Made by a program: the position numbers and the translations under genes | Shown: positions 1 to 10,067 of the stretch, one piece after another | How the letters are laid out: the number at the start of each line of letters is the position of its first letter | Position numbering within the stretch: position 1 is the first letter of the stretch | Notes under the pieces: generated by a model | What the model saw: the letters and a program-made list of their open reading frames with translations, nothing else | Databases searched by the model: none | What the model was told of the DNA's origin: nothing | From: an uncultured Desulfobacter sp. | Lineage (GTDB): Bacteria; Desulfobacterota; Desulfobacteria; Desulfobacterales; Desulfobacteraceae | NCBI GenBank assembly: GCA_963665095.1 | Contig: OY762069.1 | Location: forward strand, 1,056,001 to 1,120,000 | Length of the DNA: 64,000 nt | Reading direction: 5' to 3'

Positions 1-1
1 C

Positions 2-625
2 CCCACCCACCATGGCCTGTTTGATTATGCCTATCTTCGCGCCATGCCAAATATGACAATCATGGCGCCCATGGATGAGAATGAACTGGTCAGGATGATG
101 AAAACCGCCGTGGCCCACACCGGTCCCATTTCCCTTCGTTATCCCCGGGGAAACGGCCAGGGCGTATCCGTGGATTTCGATGCCCCGGCCGTTGATATCG
201 GAAAGGCAAAGACCATTCGCCAGGGGGAGGATCTTTTAATCATTGGTATCGGCAGGTCTGTCAATGATGCCGTTGAAGCAGCCGATGCCCTGTCTGTCAA
301 AGGTATTCACGCCACAGTGGTCAATGCCCGGTTTGTCAAACCCCTGGATAAAAATCTGATTGTATCACTGGCAGGCCGAATTAAAAAAGTTATCACTGTG
401 GAGGAGCATGTACTACCCGGCGGATTTGGTTCTGCGGTACTGGAGCTGATCAGTGATGCAAATATGGAACAGGATCTTGACGGAATCCGTACAATCCGTG
501 TGGGTATCAGGGATGAATTTGTGGAGCACGGAAGCCAGAAAGAGCTTCGCCGGGATTACGGTATTGACTCTAAAGCCATTGTGGATGCAGCATTAAAATT
601 GTGCCGTGAAAAACAACAGGATTAA
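2..625 (+). CDS. dxs: 1-deoxy-D-xylulose-5-phosphate synthase, C-terminal part (5' truncated by window edge)
   Basis: Frame open from base 2 (PTHHGLFDYAYLRAMPN...). Motifs LRYPRG, VVNARFVKPLD, TVEEH..GGFGSAV; followed by tlyA, a common gene order. Confidence 0.93.
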   Translation, partial: PTHHGLFDYAYLRAMPNMTIMAPMDENELVRMMKTAVAHTGPISLRYPRGNGQGVSVDFDAPAVDIGKAKTIRQGEDLLIIGIGRSVNDAVEAADALSVKGIHATVVNARFVKPLDKNLIVSLAGRIKKVITVEEHVLPGGFGSAVLELISDANMEQDLDGIRTIRVGIRDEFVEHGSQKELRRDYGIDSKAIVDAALKLCREKQQD

Positions 626-1358
626 AAAACGACTGGACCAGGCCCTTGTTGAAAAGGGGCTGGTACGTTCCAGGGACCGGGCCAAGGCCATGATTATGGC
701 CGGAAAGGTGACGGTGAACGGCATTAAAGCGGACAAGCCGGGTACCCAGGTGGGCCTGGATGCACAGCTTGCGGTCAAGACGCCGGATCATCCCTATGTG
801 AGCCGGGGCGGACTCAAGCTTGAAAAAGCCCTTAACACCTTTCCCGTATCTGTGGAAGGGGCCGTCTGCCTTGATATCGGGGCGTCCACAGGCGGGTTTA
901 CAGACTGCCTGCTTAAATCCGGGGCCCGGAGAGTGTATGCCGTTGATGTGGGGTATGGTCAGCTGGACTGGTCACTACGGCAGGATGAGCGGGTGTCGGT
1001 GATTGAACGTACCAATATCCGGCAGTTGCCCTATGACACCATTGGCTGTGCCGTTGATGTGGTGGTGGCTGACACATCATTTATATCATTAAAAACAGTG
1101 ATCCCGGCAGCTGAAAAATTCATGCGTCCGGGAACTGAAATCATCGCATTGATCAAGCCCCAGTTTGAAGCGGGGAAAGAATTTGTTGGCAAAGGAGGTG
1201 TTGTCAAGGACCCAGATATAAGGAAAAAGGTGACGCAGGATATTATTTCTTTTTTTCAGGAACGGGGATATCAGGTGAACGGTACCGTGACATCACCTGT
1301 GCTCGGGGCCAAGGGCAATGAGGAATACCTTATTTTTCTTGATTTTCAAAAAAAATAA
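606..1358 (+). CDS. tlyA: TlyA family RNA methyltransferase (S4 + FtsJ-like)
   Basis: KKRLDQALVEKGL, YVSRGGLKL, LDIGASTGGFTD, VDVGYGQL, LIKPQFE. Confidence 0.93.
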   Translation: MKNNRIKKRLDQALVEKGLVRSRDRAKAMIMAGKVTVNGIKADKPGTQVGLDAQLAVKTPDHPYVSRGGLKLEKALNTFPVSVEGAVCLDIGASTGGFTDCLLKSGARRVYAVDVGYGQLDWSLRQDERVSVIERTNIRQLPYDTIGCAVDVVVADTSFISLKTVIPAAEKFMRPGTEIIALIKPQFEAGKEFVGKGGVVKDPDIRKKVTQDIISFFQERGYQVNGTVTSPVLGAKGNEEYLIFLDFQKK

Positions 1359-1431
1359 AATATCACTGTCAATTTTATTTTTTTTTGATTATTAGAGTAT
1401 TGTTATTTTATTAATCATCAAAGGAGCTGTA

Positions 1432-3501
1432 ATGAGCGAAGAAATCAAATCCATGAGAAATGTGGCTCTTGCGGGCCATGGAGGTGCAGGCAAGACAACT
1501 CTTGCTGAGACTATGCTGTTTAAAGCCGGGGTGACCAACCGCCTTGGCAAGGTTGAGGAGGGAAATACCGTAATGGATTTCCAGCCCGAAGAGACCAAAA
1601 AACAGCAGAGTATCAATACATCATTTATTAAGTATACTCATCAGAAGCATACAATTACATTGATGGACACCCCCGGGGATCAGAATTTCTTCTCGGCTGC
1701 CAAAACATGCATTCCTGTCGCAGACAGTGTCGCCTTTGTCATTGACGGTGTTGGCGGGCCCTCCGCCATGACCGAAGAAGCAGCCGCATCCGCTCTGGAA
1801 TATAACCTTCCCGGTTTTGTCATTATTAACAAGCTTGACCGTGAGCGGGCTGATTTTGCCACGGCTGTGGCTGCCTGTGACACTGCTTTAAAAAAGAAAG
1901 TGATTCCCGTATGCTACCCCATTGGAAAAGAAGATGGGTTTAAGGGCCTTGTAAATATCATTTCCGGCGTAGCGTTTGAATATGATGCCGATGGAAAGGC
2001 CAACCGGGTCGATATCCCGGCGGACATGGCTGAAGAGATCGCAGCAGACAAAGAAGAGTTCATTGAAAATGTTGCCGAACTTGATGATGATCTGCTTGAA
2101 AAATATCTGGAAGGCGAGGAGCTCTCCGAAGACGAAATAAAAGGGGCATTTCGCAAAGGCATTCTGGATGCCGAATTTTATCCTGCAATCTGCGTCTCTG
2201 CCACCAAGATGATTGGTGTGGATGTGGTATCTGACATGATCAATGATTACATGCCCTCCCCCCTTGACCGTGGTGCCTGGATTGCCAAGGACGCTGACGG
2301 TAATGAAGTAGAGGTGGCACCGGATCCGGACGCAGAGTTCACAGGCTTTGTTTTTGCCACTATTGTGGATCCGTACGCCGGACGACTCTCCCTATTCCGC
2401 GTGATTTCCGGAACCCTGGGAAAAGAAGGCAATATTCTCAATGTCACAAAAGACACCAAGGAACGGTTCTCCCAGCTGCTTGAAATCGCCGGCAAAGAGC
2501 AGAAAACCATTACCGGTGCTGTGCCCGGCTCCATCGTGGCGGTGGCAAAACTTAAAAGTACACTGACCGGGGATACCCTGACCGTGGGCAAAGAAATCCA
2601 GATTCCTGCGCCCGCTCCCCTGCCCCCGTGCATCTCATTTGCCATCTCTCCCAAGGCCAAAAGTGATGAAGATAAAATCCATGAAGCCGTCCGCAAAATC
2701 CTTGAAGAGGATACAGGGCTTACCCTTCGGCGTGAAGAGGAGACCCGTCAGACCATTCTGTCTGGCCGGGGCCTGGTTCACATTGAAGTCACTGCGGATA
2801 AAATCCAGCGCAAATTCAATGTGGGTATGGACATCTCCACCCCCAAAGTTGCCTACCGTGAAACGTTCAAGAAAAAAGTCAGGGTTCAGGGCAAACATAA
2901 AAAGCAGTCCGGCGGCCATGGCCAGTACGGTGACTGCTGGATTGAAATGGAACCCCTGCCCAAGGGGTCCGGCTACGAATTTGTGGATAAAATCGTGGGG
3001 GGTGTTATTCCCAGAAATTATATTCCTGCTGTTGAGGCCGGTATTCGTGACGCCATGAAGAAAGGCATTCTCGCCGGCTTCCCCTGCGTTGATTTCCGTA
3101 CCACGCTGGACTTTGGCTCCTTCCATGCGGTTGACTCATCGGAGATGGCGTTTAAAACAGCCGGTTCCCTGGCATTTAAGAATGCCGCAGCCCAGGCCGG
3201 GGCCGTTTTGCTTGAGCCCATCATGAAAGTTTCCGTAAAAGCGCCGGATGATGCCACCGGCGATATCATGGGTGATTTGAACTCAAGACGCGGCAGGGTT
3301 CTCGGTATGGATTCCGACGGTGACAAACAGATCATCAACGCCCTTGTTCCCATGTCTGAGATGCTTCGGTATGCCCCGGATTTAAGCTCCATGACCGGCG
3401 GCCGCGGTACCTTCACCATGGAATTTGAACAATATGATGAAGTGCCGGGTGATCTGGCCAAGAAGATCATTGAACAGGTGAATGCAGAAAAAGAAGCCTG
3501 A
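1432..3501 (+). CDS. fusA: Elongation factor G paralogue (EF-G2-like)
   Basis: GHGGAGKTT, DTPG, NKLD, HKKQSGGHGQYG, DSSEMAFK; outside the rpsL-rpsG-fusA-tuf operon; divergent switch I. Confidence 0.9.
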   Translation: MSEEIKSMRNVALAGHGGAGKTTLAETMLFKAGVTNRLGKVEEGNTVMDFQPEETKKQQSINTSFIKYTHQKHTITLMDTPGDQNFFSAAKTCIPVADSVAFVIDGVGGPSAMTEEAAASALEYNLPGFVIINKLDRERADFATAVAACDTALKKKVIPVCYPIGKEDGFKGLVNIISGVAFEYDADGKANRVDIPADMAEEIAADKEEFIENVAELDDDLLEKYLEGEELSEDEIKGAFRKGILDAEFYPAICVSATKMIGVDVVSDMINDYMPSPLDRGAWIAKDADGNEVEVAPDPDAEFTGFVFATIVDPYAGRLSLFRVISGTLGKEGNILNVTKDTKERFSQLLEIAGKEQKTITGAVPGSIVAVAKLKSTLTGDTLTVGKEIQIPAPAPLPPCISFAISPKAKSDEDKIHEAVRKILEEDTGLTLRREEETRQTILSGRGLVHIEVTADKIQRKFNVGMDISTPKVAYRETFKKKVRVQGKHKKQSGGHGQYGDCWIEMEPLPKGSGYEFVDKIVGGVIPRNYIPAVEAGIRDAMKKGILAGFPCVDFRTTLDFGSFHAVDSSEMAFKTAGSLAFKNAAAQAGAVLLEPIMKVSVKAPDDATGDIMGDLNSRRGRVLGMDSDGDKQIINALVPMSEMLRYAPDLSSMTGGRGTFTMEFEQYDEVPGDLAKKIIEQVNAEKEA

Positions 3502-3564
3502 TAGTAAATAAAACCGGTGGGCACAGGCTATAGGGCCTGTTTCCACAGAATGGTATGCAATGGG

Positions 3565-3607
3565 AAACCGCCTGAAGGCAGACAAGCTTTCAGGCGGTTT
3601 TAGTTTT
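3565..3607 (+). terminator. Rho-independent terminator after EF-G paralogue
   Basis: AAACCGCCTGAAG...TTTCAGGCGGTTT stem followed by T-rich tail. Confidence 0.8.
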
Positions 3608-3699
3608 GCCTGAAACATTAACAAATTGTAATAAAATGGCTATACATATCAAATAATTGGTTGTGATATATTACCTCCTTGTTTTGAATGGGAGGTATT

Positions 3700-4980
3700 A
3701 TGCATACATTATTAATTATTGTTTTTGTTCTGGCCTACACGGCCATTGCTTTTGAGCATCCACTCAGGGTGAACAAGTCAGCGTCTGCACTGCTCGGCGC
3801 AGGCCTTATGTGGACTATTTACGCTGTGGCCACCGGTAACCATCAGATGGTGACAACGCAGCTTAACGAAAATCTTTCGGCAACAGCCCAGATTATCTTT
3901 TTTCTGCTCGGGGCCATGACAATTGTTGAGCTGGTGGATGCCCATGACGGTTTTGAGGTGATCACCTCACGGATAACCACCACCAGCCAGAGTGTATTAA
4001 TTGTACTCATCGGCCTGGTGACTTTTTTCCTGAGCGCCATGCTTGACAACCTGACCACCACCATTGTCATGGTCTCATTGACAAAAAAGCTGCTTGACGA
4101 CCATGAGGACCGGTTGATGTTTGCCGGTATCATTGTTATTGCCGCCAATGCCGGCGGGGCCTGGTCCCCCATTGGGGATGTCACCACGACTATGTTGTGG
4201 ATCGGTGGACAGATCAGTTCAACCGGGGTGCTTGAATCTGTTTTTCTGGCTTCTGTGGCAGACTTTATTATCCCGCTGATCGTTGCCTGTTTTCTTTTAC
4301 GTGGCAAGACGGTGGGAAAAAAGAAGGTGGCGACAAGTGCCAAAACCACCACCAGCTTTGAGCGTAACCTGATGTTCTTTGTTGGACTGGGGTCCCTGGT
4401 GATGGTCCCTGTTTTCAAAGAGATCACCCATCTGCCGCCGTTCATGGGAATTCTTGGCGGACTCGGGGTGTTGTGGCTGGTCGGCGAAGTGATACACCGG
4501 CATAAGTCTGATGAGGAAAAACATCCTTTGACCATGGTTCATGCCCTGACCCGCATCGACATGGCATCCATTGTCTTTTTTATCGGTATCCTGCTGGCAG
4601 TCGCCACCCTTGAAGATGCACATATCCTGGAAACCCTGGCAGTCTGGCTTGACAAGGCCATTGGCCAGCAGAGTATCATTGTCGCGGTCATAGGGGCTGT
4701 CAGTTCAATTATCGATAATGTGCCGCTGGTAGCTGCGTCAATGGGGATGTATGACATCCATCAATTTGGTACGGACAGTTTTTTGTGGACGTTTCTGGCA
4801 TTTTGTGCAGGGACCGGGGGTTCTTTGCTGATCATCGGTTCGGCTGCAGGTGTTGCGGCCATGGGTCTGGAAAAAATAAACTTCTTCTGGTACATGAAAA
4901 AAATCAGCGGACTGGCAATTATAGGGTATGTTGCCGGGATTCTGGTTTTTTTGGCTCAGTTCAAGTTCCTTCACGGCTGA
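3700..4980 (+). CDS. nhaD: Na+/H+ antiporter, NhaD family
   Basis: Polytopic membrane protein with LDNLTTTIV, AANAGGAWSPIGDVTTTMLW, DNVPLVA, GSLLIIGSAAGV; GGAGG RBS before ATG 3700. Confidence 0.9.
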   Translation: MHTLLIIVFVLAYTAIAFEHPLRVNKSASALLGAGLMWTIYAVATGNHQMVTTQLNENLSATAQIIFFLLGAMTIVELVDAHDGFEVITSRITTTSQSVLIVLIGLVTFFLSAMLDNLTTTIVMVSLTKKLLDDHEDRLMFAGIIVIAANAGGAWSPIGDVTTTMLWIGGQISSTGVLESVFLASVADFIIPLIVACFLLRGKTVGKKKVATSAKTTTSFERNLMFFVGLGSLVMVPVFKEITHLPPFMGILGGLGVLWLVGEVIHRHKSDEEKHPLTMVHALTRIDMASIVFFIGILLAVATLEDAHILETLAVWLDKAIGQQSIIVAVIGAVSSIIDNVPLVAASMGMYDIHQFGTDSFLWTFLAFCAGTGGSLLIIGSAAGVAAMGLEKINFFWYMKKISGLAIIGYVAGILVFLAQFKFLHG

Positions 4981-5285
4981 TCGTGCCATATAATTTTTTC
5001 CTTACAGCATGCCAGGCAATTTAACCTGGCCTGCTGGTTTTTCTTAACGTTATTGCGTTCAGCAGTAACGTTACGTAACGGGCAGAAAACAACTGGGCAT
5101 ATCATCCACGTTAAATTCTTTTAAACAAAATACATCCATTTTTTGACAAGATTCCAAGTAGATAAATAGTAGGCCGGGTCTGCATTCCCAAAAAGGATCA
5201 GGCTGTGGCACGCAGTGTGATATAGATACGTCACTTAGCTGAAACACAGTTGAAATCTGAAAACACATACGATGAAGGAGCTGAA

Positions 5286-6983
5286 ATGGAAAAAAAGAAA
5301 GTTCTTGTTATTGGCGGGGTCGCCTGTGGTCCCAAAGCAGCGGCCCGGATCAAAAGACTTGACCCGAATGCTGAGGTGACCATACTTGAAAAAGGAGAAC
5401 TGCTTTCCTATGCCGGATGCGGCCTGCCCTATTACATATCCGGCCAGGTTCAAAACTATAATGAACTGATGGCCACGCCCACAGGCGTTGTCAGGGATAC
5501 TAACTTTTTCAATATGGTTAAGGACATCCATATTAAAAATCATACCCTGGCAGAAACCATTGACCGGGAGAAAAAAACGGTTAAGGCGGTTGATCTTAAG
5601 ACAGGCTATGCTACCGAATATGAATATGATGCCCTGATTCTTTCTGTTGGCAGTCAGTTCAGGATACCGCCTTTCCCCGGCACTGATCTCAACGGGGTTC
5701 ATTTTCTGCAGACTGTTGCAGATGCCAGAAAAATCAGAAATGAAAGTGGTCCCTTGGAAGGAAAAAAGGCCGTCATCATTGGTGCAGGCCTCATTGGTCT
5801 TGAGGTAACGGAAGCCTTGAGAAACCAGGGCATGGACATTACCATCGTTGAAATGATGGATCAGGCCATGGGTAACCTTTTTGACCATGAGATGATTTTC
5901 CATCTGCACAATGAACTTAAAAACAACGGTGTGGCACTTAAAACCAGTGAAACAGTCAAAGAGATACAGGGCGATGACCAGTTTGCCGTTAAAACCGTTG
6001 TTACGGATAAGGGCGAATACCCGGCCGACCTGGTACTTATTGCAGTTGGGGTTAATCCCAACACCCGGCTGGCACAGGAATCAGGTCTTGAAATTGGCGA
6101 AACCGGTGCCATCCGGGTTGATGCAAACATGCGGACCTCCGACCCAAGTATTTATGCAGGTGGAGACTGCGTTGAAAACAGAAGTCTTGTAACTGGCAAG
6201 CCGTTATATACCCCCATGGGGTCCACGGCAAATAAACACGGCAGGGTCATTGCTGACAATATCTGCGGTATCCCTTCCCAATTCACAGGGGTCTGCGGAA
6301 CAGCCATCTGCCGGGTGTTCAATATCAATGTATGCAGAACCGGGTTAACTGAAAAACAGGCCCGGCAGATGGGATATGACTGTGTTAGCGTATTGAGCCC
6401 CTCCCCTGACAAACCGCATTTCCTGAGTGAGGCCAAGCTGATCATCATTAAGCTGGTGGTGGACAAAGTCACCCAAAAGCTTTTAGGTGCCCAGATCGTT
6501 GGTCCCGGGGATGTTGCCAAACGAATGGAAGTGGTGGTCTCCAACATCTCTTCAGGGGGCAAAGTGACCGATATTGCCCAGTATGACCTGGCCTATGCAC
6601 CGCCCTTCTCTCCAGCCATGGACAACATCATCACTGCCGCCAATATTGCAGAAAATAAGCTGTATAACCGGGGCTGTTCCCTGTCGCCTGTGGCGGTAAA
6701 AGCCAAGATTGATAACGGGGATGACTTTATCTTCCTGGATGTTCGCTCTCCCCAGGAGTATGAGCAGATGCGTATCGAAGATCCCCGGATCAAACTGATT
6801 CCTTTAGGCAAACTGCGCAGCGCCCTTTCCGAACTGCCAAAGGACAAGGAGATTATTGCCTTCTGCAAGATATCTTTGCGCGGTTATGAGGCGGAACGTA
6901 TCCTGGCTGGTGAAGGATACGAGAATGTGAAGTTCATGGATGGCGGTGTGGTATGCTGGCCCTATGAAAAAGTAGTTGCCTGA
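5286..6983 (+). CDS. CoA-disulfide/persulfide reductase with C-terminal rhodanese domain (CoADR-RHD/Npsr type)
   Basis: IGGVACG FAD site, SYAGCGLPYY redox Cys, GAGLIGLE, DLAYAPPFS, C-terminal LDVR...FCKISLRG...MDGG; AAGGAG RBS before ATG 5286. Confidence 0.85.
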   Translation: MEKKKVLVIGGVACGPKAAARIKRLDPNAEVTILEKGELLSYAGCGLPYYISGQVQNYNELMATPTGVVRDTNFFNMVKDIHIKNHTLAETIDREKKTVKAVDLKTGYATEYEYDALILSVGSQFRIPPFPGTDLNGVHFLQTVADARKIRNESGPLEGKKAVIIGAGLIGLEVTEALRNQGMDITIVEMMDQAMGNLFDHEMIFHLHNELKNNGVALKTSETVKEIQGDDQFAVKTVVTDKGEYPADLVLIAVGVNPNTRLAQESGLEIGETGAIRVDANMRTSDPSIYAGGDCVENRSLVTGKPLYTPMGSTANKHGRVIADNICGIPSQFTGVCGTAICRVFNINVCRTGLTEKQARQMGYDCVSVLSPSPDKPHFLSEAKLIIIKLVVDKVTQKLLGAQIVGPGDVAKRMEVVVSNISSGGKVTDIAQYDLAYAPPFSPAMDNIITAANIAENKLYNRGCSLSPVAVKAKIDNGDDFIFLDVRSPQEYEQMRIEDPRIKLIPLGKLRSALSELPKDKEIIAFCKISLRGYEAERILAGEGYENVKFMDGGVVCWPYEKVVA

Positions 6984-7014
6984 TAAAAGACTATCCGATT
7001 TGAAATATCAACCA

Positions 7015-7057
7015 GGGGCTGCTTTCGTCAGAATCAGAGAGCAGCCCTTTACTTTTT
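7015..7057 (+). terminator. Rho-independent terminator
   Basis: GGGCTGCTTTC...GAGAGCAGCCC stem then TTTACTTTTT. Confidence 0.75.
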
Positions 7058-7308
7058 AGCGCCCTGCCCTTCCTCTATTTTTGCCCCTCCGGACTTTATT
7101 TTTTTTGAGTCTGAAAAATTACAAATTGGGGTTTGATTTTTCATTCCCCTTTCTATGCAAACCCATGGCAATATAGCCTCGGTCTTGATTTCTTCAAACA
7201 CTATTTATAGAAACTGGTTCAGAAAACAGCACTGTTTTGACAATATTGTTATTAACGCCGTATGAAATTGTAGGTATGGGCCGGAATAGGTATGATTCAA
7301 CCCGTTGT

Positions 7309-7328
7309 AATGTCTTTATAATGACATT
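7309..7328. promoter_or_regulatory. Palindromic upstream activator site (TGT-N10-ACA type) for a sigma-54 activator
   Basis: AATGTC-TTTATAAT-GACATT, containing TGT-N10-ACA at 7311-7326, about 90 bp upstream of a sigma-54 promoter. Confidence 0.55.
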
Positions 7329-7350
7329 GAACGTCTGACCTGATTATATG

Positions 7351-7363
7351 TAACTATATGATT
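7351..7363. promoter_or_regulatory. Possible IHF site
   Basis: TAACTATATGATT is one mismatch from YAANNNNTTGATW and lies between the activator site and the sigma-54 promoter. Confidence 0.4.
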
Positions 7364-7416
7364 TTATAAGTAAAATCCTGGAATTTCTGAAGTTTAATTC
7401 TACCCGGATTTAACAC

Positions 7417-7432
7417 TGGCACCGGAATTGCT
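7417..7432 (+). promoter_or_regulatory. Sigma-54 (-24/-12) promoter
   Basis: TGGCAC-CGGAA-TTGCT matches the TGGCAC-N5-TTGCW consensus, 48 bp before ATG 7481. Confidence 0.85.
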
Positions 7433-7480
7433 CTTACCCACTGGTCAAGAGTAACTATTGCCAGAGGACAAATAACAGCC

Positions 7481-8560
7481 ATGTCAGATACCTTTTGCAT
7501 TCATGCAGATCTTAAACTCGAAGAAATCATTGAGCGTTACCCGGAAACCGAGGCGGTGTTTACGGCCAACGGCCTGGAAGAGCTTGTAAGCGTTGAGGCC
7601 ATGCGGGTGCTGGCTCCTTTTTAAACCCTGGCACAGCCCTTCGCAGCCGGTCCATTGACATTGACGGATTTATCAGTCTGCTTGAAGCCGCCCTTGAGAA
7701 GCCGATACCCATTGACAGCCCAGGTCTTGCGTCCATGGCCGCTCAAAAAGATATAACCTTTCTGGGATTGATGCCCTGCGGGCTCAAAATGCCAGAAAGG
7801 CGCGCGTTTACCCAGTTTATCAACAATCTTCAGGCCCGGAAAAATGTTAACATACAGTGGGCAGTTGAGGGCAACGTCAACCAGGAATTATCCTATTATT
7901 CCTACATTGATACCATCCGTTCCAGAGATGAATTGCCTGATATTATTTTATCCGCAGATTCCAATGTGTTCCTTGGCCGGCGGTTTCATGAGCAGTTTGT
8001 TGCCGGCGGCGGCTTAACAGGCTACGGCGGTTTTCCTGCAGGCACCAATTTTTTAAATGCAGGCATTCCGGATCCTGAAAATGAATATACCATTCTTTGC
8101 GTCAATCCCCTGGTAATTGTGGCCAATCTTGATCAGCTCAACAACCGAAAACTACCGTCAACCTGGGCAGACATTCTGGACCCTTCATGGGAAAAAAGCG
8201 TGATTATCAGGGGAGGAGACGGATTCTTCTGCCATGCGGTGCTGCTGCCGACCTATAAGCAATTCAGAGCAGACGGGTTGAAGGCGCTTGCCGGAAATGT
8301 GCTGGCCGGCATTCATCCTGCCCAGATGGTCAACCGTATAGATGGCAACGAACCAGGTGCCCTGTATGTCATGCCAGCATTTTTGCAGACCGCATCCGGC
8401 ATAAAGAAAGAATCCGGCTTATCTGGCCGGAAGACGGGGCTCTGGCAAGCCCGGTAATTTTACAGGTCAAGCCGGAAAAAATACAAGCACTCAAACCCGT
8501 CCTTGATTATCTTGTGGACCGGGAACTGGCCGAAACCCTGGCTGGATCGGGATTTTCCAT
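7481..8560 (+). pseudogene. Disrupted DUF1858-like + substrate-binding-fold protein
   Basis: MSDTFCIHADLKLEEIIERYPETEAVF... stops at TAA 7622-7624 and resumes in the -1 frame. Second shift at T-run 8380-8384 (MPAF/FADRIRHK...WPEDGALASP). 3' end fused to next gene. Confidence 0.75.
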
Positions 8561-8957
8561 TGGCGTGATCAAGTTTGACTGCCTTACCGGAGACGATCAT
8601 ACCCAGTATGCACGTGCCTGCCCGCCCGTTAAAAAAGGGGTGGCCGGCGGACTTTGTCCGGACCATTTTTTTGTTGCCAATTTTGTTGCCAATATTGAAG
8701 GTGTCCTGCAGTGGGGCATCCGGGGAAATTTTGATATTCTGATCAGCGAAAGTGCCGGCCTTTGCAACAGGTGTTCCCCCCATATAAAAGGGGTATTGGC
8801 TGTATGTGTGATTGACCATTTAAGCGGGGTGAATACACCGCGAAAAATCGGCCCCGACAGCCAGATTGGTAATGTAAAACCATGGAATTTTAAACACGTT
8901 CACCTCAAAGAAATGCCTGAATCATATTTTAGCAATGGACACAAAAACCAATACTGA
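8560..8957 (+). pseudogene. Internal fragment of a HypB/UreG-like GTP-binding protein
   Basis: GVIKFDCL, GLCPDHFF, SESAGLCNRCSP, DHLSGVNTPRKIGP present; P-loop N-terminus absent; no TKxD region after KIGP. Confidence 0.7.
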
Positions 8958-10036
8958 CAGATGCATCAATAACAGAAACGCCCCATGCGGACAGGCCGTT
9001 AATCAAGAATCCAATCCGTTGGAATACCCGGTCCCTGCCCTGCTTAAAGCGCATCCCTATCTGCATGATTTTTTTGATGCCCTTTCGATTCCTGTGGATG
9101 GTCTGTTAAATGATGCCCAGGCGCCCACACTGAAGATCTTGATTGATGGACTGGATGAACACCAGCTGGCCCCATTTGGCCTGAACCGATCAGGTCTGAC
9201 CACTCAAATTTTGGACTTCATGGCTTAGATGGACAGGGTGCAGCAAAAGGCTGACAACTGCCTTGAACATCTGGTCATCAAAGCTGGGGTCGATAAAGAC
9301 GGCCGCCCTGAATCCCGAAGCATCACACTGTGCTGTGGCGAAGTGATCAGTGTTGTCGGCCCCACCGGGTCGGGGAAAAGCCAGCTTCTTGCTGACATTG
9401 AGTGTCTGGCCCAAAGGGATACGCCGTCAAAACGTGTGGTGCTGCCCAATGGCCGTGTGCCGGATGATACTGTCCGGTTTTCCGGGGAGTACCGCCTTGT
9501 GGCACAGATTTCCCAGAACATGAATTTTGTCATGAATCTCAGTGTCAAAGAGTTTTTAACCATGCATGCCCAAAGCCGCCTGGTGGAAAATGCCTCACAA
9601 AAGGTGGATGACATATATAAATCGGCCGTGATGCTGGCAGGGGAGCCCTTTTCTTTGAACACCCCCATTACCTCTTTGTCAGGGGGGCAGTCCCGGGCAT
9701 TAATGACAGCGGATGTCGCCTATTTAAGCGACTCCCCCATCCTGCTGATTGATGAAATTGAAAATGCCGGGGTTGACCGGCAAAAGGCCGTCTCCCTGCT
9801 TCTGAACAGGGATAAAATGGTGCTGATTGCCACCCATGACCCGTTGCTGGCTCTTTCCAAAGATCGGCGCATCATTATCAAAAACGGCGGCATGGCTGAT
9901 GTGCTTGAGACCACGGACCAGGAGAAAGCAAGTGTGGCCTGCCTGGCTGTTCTTGATAAAAAAACTGGGGCAGATCAGGGAGATGGTCCAAAACGGAGAA
10001 CAGCTGATTTTTGATCACCACTATTTTTTTAAGTAA
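8935..10036 (+). pseudogene. Disrupted soluble ABC-type ATPase with N-terminal DUF1858-like region
   Basis: In-frame TAG at 9226-9228 splits the ORF; GPTGSGKS, LSGGQ, LLIDEIEN, ATHD; A7 run at 9958-9964 shifts off a plausible C-terminus (KKLGQIREMVQNGE). Confidence 0.72.
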
Positions 10037-10067
10037 CGCCTGACTTGGCGGGTGCATGGAAACAGGC

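Noticed and set aside
5206..5221. Sigma-54-like TGGCACG-CAGT-GTGAT upstream of the CoA-disulfide reductase gene, with nested palindromes at 5065-5080
   Set aside because: The -12 element lacks the conserved GC and the palindromes are short and low-complexity
9226..9231. In-frame TAG followed by ATG, suggesting pyrrolysine readthrough
   Set aside because: The operon carries several other disabling lesions, the protein is not a known Pyl family, and no pyl genes are in the window
7615..9964. Homopolymer frameshifts as programmed frameshifting or phase variation
   Set aside because: Runs are short (5-7 nt) and co-occur with apparent deletions and a nonsense codon, so decay is simpler
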